Assembly (NCBI GenBank): GCA_023390555.1
Contig: JAEWCQ010000033.1
Coordinates: 192,829-216,828, forward strand
Reading direction: 5' to 3'
Length of the DNA: 24,000 nt
DNA from: Bacillota bacterium
GTDB taxonomy: Bacteria; Bacillota; Clostridia; Lachnospirales; Lachnospiraceae
The notes under the pieces are model-generated. The model ran no database searches, was not told where the DNA came from, and saw only the letters and a program-made list of their open reading frames with translations. Within the stretch, counting starts at the first letter, position 1. Each line of letters opens with the position of its first letter. The translations under genes were made by a program, and so were the position numbers. This document shows, piece after piece, positions 21,253-24,000 of this stretch.

Positions 21253-23790
21253 ATGACAGATTACAACATGGACCGGATGGGACTAAGTTCTGCCGAAGCA
21301 GAAGAACTGCAGAAGAGATATGGAAGAAACGAGTTGGTACGGCAAAAAAAGGAGAACCTTGCGAAAAAAGTGCTCCATATTATTGGGGAGCCCATGTTCT
21401 TGCTGCTGCTTGCTGCCGCAGTAATCTATTTTCTGCTTGGAAAGCCGGGAGACGGTGCGGTAATGCTTATTTTTGTGATAGGTGTCATCAGCATCGATGT
21501 CATTCAGGAGTGGAAGACAGATAAAACGTTACATGCATTAAAAGACCTCTCGGCTCCTCACATTACGGTGATTCGCGATGGGAAAGAGACGGTGATAGCC
21601 AGTATCGGCCTGGTGCCCGGTGACTTGATGCTGATCTATGAGGGCGTAAAGATCCCTGCCGATGGGTTGGTGGTGAAATGCAATAATCTTTGCATTGACG
21701 AATCATCTTTGACCGGGGAGACCGGCGGGGTATGGAAATCAGCTGCGTGGAATGCGCAAAAGAAGGAAGAGATATGGAGAAAAGATTATTGTTATGCCGG
21801 CACCATGGTGATGCAGGGAACAGCGGCTGTGCTGGTCGATAAAATTGGAGCGGATACTGAATACGGAAAAATAGCGTCCGGCATTGCGACAGCACCGAAT
21901 GAAGATACCCCGCTTCAAAAACAGACGGACAGTCTGGTAAAGGTGTGTGCGGGGGTGGCAGGCATATTGTGTGTGCTCGCGGGAGCGGTTACGTACTGCA
22001 ATCTAGCGGATCATGCGTTCGTGCCGAGAATCATAGAGAGCATTTTATCCGGCATTACACTGACCATGGCAATGATACCGGAAGAATTTCCTGTTATTTT
22101 GACCGTGTTTCTTTCCATGGGGGCGTGGCGGCTTGCCAAGAAACACTCACTTGTCCGTAAGCTGCCGTCTGTGGAAACGTTGGGAGCAGTATCGGTTCTT
22201 TGCGTGGATAAGACCGGTACCGTCACAAGAAATCAGATGACAGTGCAGGAAGTCTGGGCATGGGGAGGAGACACAGATTCTCTGATCGAAACAATGGGAC
22301 TCGGGTGTGAACCGAATGCTTATGATCCTATGGAGCAGGCGATGCTAACCTGCTGTGCAGACTATGGATTCTCAAAGCAATCCTTATTCAGCGGTGAGCT
22401 GATTGCCGAATATGCTTTTACAAACGAGCAAAAAATGATGGGGCACGTCTGGCGCAGAAACGGTGAAATCCGAATTGCTGCCAAAGGATCTCCGGAACGG
22501 ATTCTGACCATCTGCAAGAATGTGGATAGGGAGCGCGAACTTGTGGAAAATAAAATTGCTGAAATGTCGCGACAGGGGCTTCGTGTCATTGCGGCAGCGG
22601 TCGGCAAACCTGCGAGTGATGCTGATATTCCAAAAGAAATTACGGAATGCTCGCTCACGTTTCTCGGACTGATCGGTCTTTCGGACCCACCGAGGGAAAA
22701 CGTGAAAAATGATATCGCCATGTGCAGCAGGGCGGGTATTCGCGTTGCCATGATCACGGGCGATCACGGGATGACTGCAGCTTCCATAGCCGGAAAAATC
22801 GAAATGCCGCATTGTGAAGAAGTCATTACCGGGGATATGTTAAATGCGATGAGTGACACAGAGCTGCGCGAAAAGGTATGGAATGTGAATATTTTTTCCC
22901 GGGTAGTTCCGGAGCATAAGATGCGTATCGTAAAAGCGTTGAAAGAAAACGGAGAAATTGTAGCGATGACCGGTGACGGCGTAAATGATGCACCGGCGTT
23001 GAAATATGCGGATATCGGGATTGCTATGGGAAAACGCGGTTGCGAGACGGCAAGGGAAGCTGCTGATTTTATTCTGCTGGATGACAACTTTACGACCATT
23101 GTTGAGACAGTAAAAGACGGAAGAAGAATTTATGATAATATACGGAAAGCAGTGGGGTATGTTTTCACGATTCATATCCCGATTGCTTTTGCATCCATCC
23201 TGGCTCCGTTGCTTGGAATAACACCGGAGGCGATATTCCTGCTTCCGATTCATATCGTATTACTGGAACTGATGATAGATCCGACCTGTTCGATTGTTTT
23301 AGAACGTCAGCCGGCAGAGGCGGATATCATGGAAAGGAAGCCAAGAGATGCGAAGGAAAATCTGCTGGATGTGCACCTTTTTCTGAAAAGCATGATACAG
23401 GGGCTTGTGATTTTTGCGGCATCTTTTTGCACTTATTTCAGTATGCTGGACGGCAAGGCTGAGAATGCACCGGCGGCGAGGGCAATGGGGCTTGTTATTC
23501 TTATGCTGTCAAACCTGTTATTGGTACAGGTAAATAGTTCTTCCTATGATTTTGCTTTCCGGTCGGTACGGAGACTGATCAAAGACAAAGTGATGTGGGC
23601 AGTTAATATTTTTACGTTACTGGGTATATTTATTGTATTATATACCCCTGTAAATCACTTGCTGAAATTTGAACCGCTGACATGCACGCAGCTTCTGCTG
23701 TCTGCAGGCATTGCAGGTGCTGCCGTTTTGTGGTACGAATTTGTCAAATTAATCAGACTCGCCAGAAAAAGCATTCGGCGAAAATTGTAA
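21253..23790 (+). CDS. cation-translocating P-type ATPase (type II, Ca2+/Mg2+-like; substrate not assignable)
   Basis: ATG at 21253 after GGAGG. P-type motifs LTGETG, CVDKTGTVT, MITGDH and TGDGVNDAPALK. TM4 motif IPEEFPV. About 10 TM segments. 845 aa. Confidence 0.9.
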   Translation: MTDYNMDRMGLSSAEAEELQKRYGRNELVRQKKENLAKKVLHIIGEPMFLLLLAAAVIYFLLGKPGDGAVMLIFVIGVISIDVIQEWKTDKTLHALKDLSAPHITVIRDGKETVIASIGLVPGDLMLIYEGVKIPADGLVVKCNNLCIDESSLTGETGGVWKSAAWNAQKKEEIWRKDYCYAGTMVMQGTAAVLVDKIGADTEYGKIASGIATAPNEDTPLQKQTDSLVKVCAGVAGILCVLAGAVTYCNLADHAFVPRIIESILSGITLTMAMIPEEFPVILTVFLSMGAWRLAKKHSLVRKLPSVETLGAVSVLCVDKTGTVTRNQMTVQEVWAWGGDTDSLIETMGLGCEPNAYDPMEQAMLTCCADYGFSKQSLFSGELIAEYAFTNEQKMMGHVWRRNGEIRIAAKGSPERILTICKNVDRERELVENKIAEMSRQGLRVIAAAVGKPASDADIPKEITECSLTFLGLIGLSDPPRENVKNDIAMCSRAGIRVAMITGDHGMTAASIAGKIEMPHCEEVITGDMLNAMSDTELREKVWNVNIFSRVVPEHKMRIVKALKENGEIVAMTGDGVNDAPALKYADIGIAMGKRGCETAREAADFILLDDNFTTIVETVKDGRRIYDNIRKAVGYVFTIHIPIAFASILAPLLGITPEAIFLLPIHIVLLELMIDPTCSIVLERQPAEADIMERKPRDAKENLLDVHLFLKSMIQGLVIFAASFCTYFSMLDGKAENAPAARAMGLVILMLSNLLLVQVNSSSYDFAFRSVRRLIKDKVMWAVNIFTLLGIFIVLYTPVNHLLKFEPLTCTQLLLSAGIAGAAVLWYEFVKLIRLARKSIRRKL

Positions 23791-23807
23791 AACAATAAAA
23801 GACTTTC

Positions 23808-23837
23808 TTGAAAAACGGGCAATTGCCGGCATATAAT
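23808..23837 (+). promoter_or_regulatory. sigma-A-type promoter for the downstream gene
   Basis: TTGAAA (23808-23813), 18 nt spacer, TATAAT (23832-23837). Confidence 0.55.
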
Positions 23838-23921
23838 AGAGCTAGCAATTGTTCGTTTTTACAGGTGGTACGATGAGAAGGAATTAACCGGCATTTTGAA
23901 AAATCAGGAGGACTGCGGACA

Positions 23922-24000
23922 ATGGACCTTGGAAAAAAATCAAAGAAATTCGTTCTGGCTTATTTTTCCGGAACGGGCTGCACAAAAGCGGTTTGTGACT
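23922..24000 (+). CDS. partial CDS (5' end), flavodoxin-like N-terminus
   Basis: ATG at 23922 after AGGAGG. MDLGKKSKKFVLAYFSGTGCTKAVCD resembles the YFSGTGNT phosphate-binding loop of the flavodoxin/EFR1 family. Truncated by the window edge. Confidence 0.5.
   Translation, partial: MDLGKKSKKFVLAYFSGTGCTKAVCD

Noticed and set aside
21102-21524. 140-aa plus-strand ORF overlapping the ATPase start
   Set aside because: It is out of frame with the ATPase, begins inside the leader and terminator, and has an Arg/Cys-rich composition typical of off-frame translation.
22011-23253. Several minus-strand ORFs (71-142 aa) inside the ATPase gene
   Set aside because: They are antisense shadows of a strongly supported 845-aa P-type ATPase, with no RBS or motifs.

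Overview
AT-rich window with Firmicutes/Clostridia-style signals: strong GGAGG-type RBSs, a lipoprotein lipobox, intrinsic terminators and a guanidine-I riboswitch. It reads as a chromosomal accessory region of single genes and 2-3 gene modules for small-molecule sensing, efflux and detoxification. I saw no rRNA, tRNA, CRISPR array, transposase or integrase.

Supported content, in order:
- GH3 lipoprotein glycosidase
- LysE exporter, AraC regulator and DUF2000 protein
- decayed PTS locus (truncated EIIB, PRD-regulator remnant with an in-frame stop) next to an intact HPr-like gene
- GNAT acetyltransferase
- ferredoxin-nitroreductase fusion
- 599-aa signal-less protein with a Cys-Pro repeat array
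- EmrE-like SMR and MarR operon
- cytoplasmic GSDH-like beta-propeller
- MarR with an overlapping 8-TM membrane protein
- MerR/GyrI regulator with a BtrH-N-like protein
- two small hydrophilic proteins
- SAM methyltransferase
- guanidine-I riboswitch with sugE, followed by a Nim/PNPOx-like gene and a GNAT
- AraC/GyrI regulator with an ASCH-like protein
- 4-TM His-pair domain fused to a cytochrome b5-like domain
- P-type cation ATPase behind a long terminator-containing leader
- start of a flavodoxin-like gene

No recognisable multi-gene defence or secretion system is visible. The most unusual element is the protein at 7580..9379. It combines a choice-of-anchor-A-like beta-helix, proline-rich repeats, about 22 CP dipeptides in CPxCP/PEPCP repeats, and a Cys-rich C-terminal domain, with no export signal or anchor. 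All family assignments come from motif recognition by eye and need HMM or structure confirmation.
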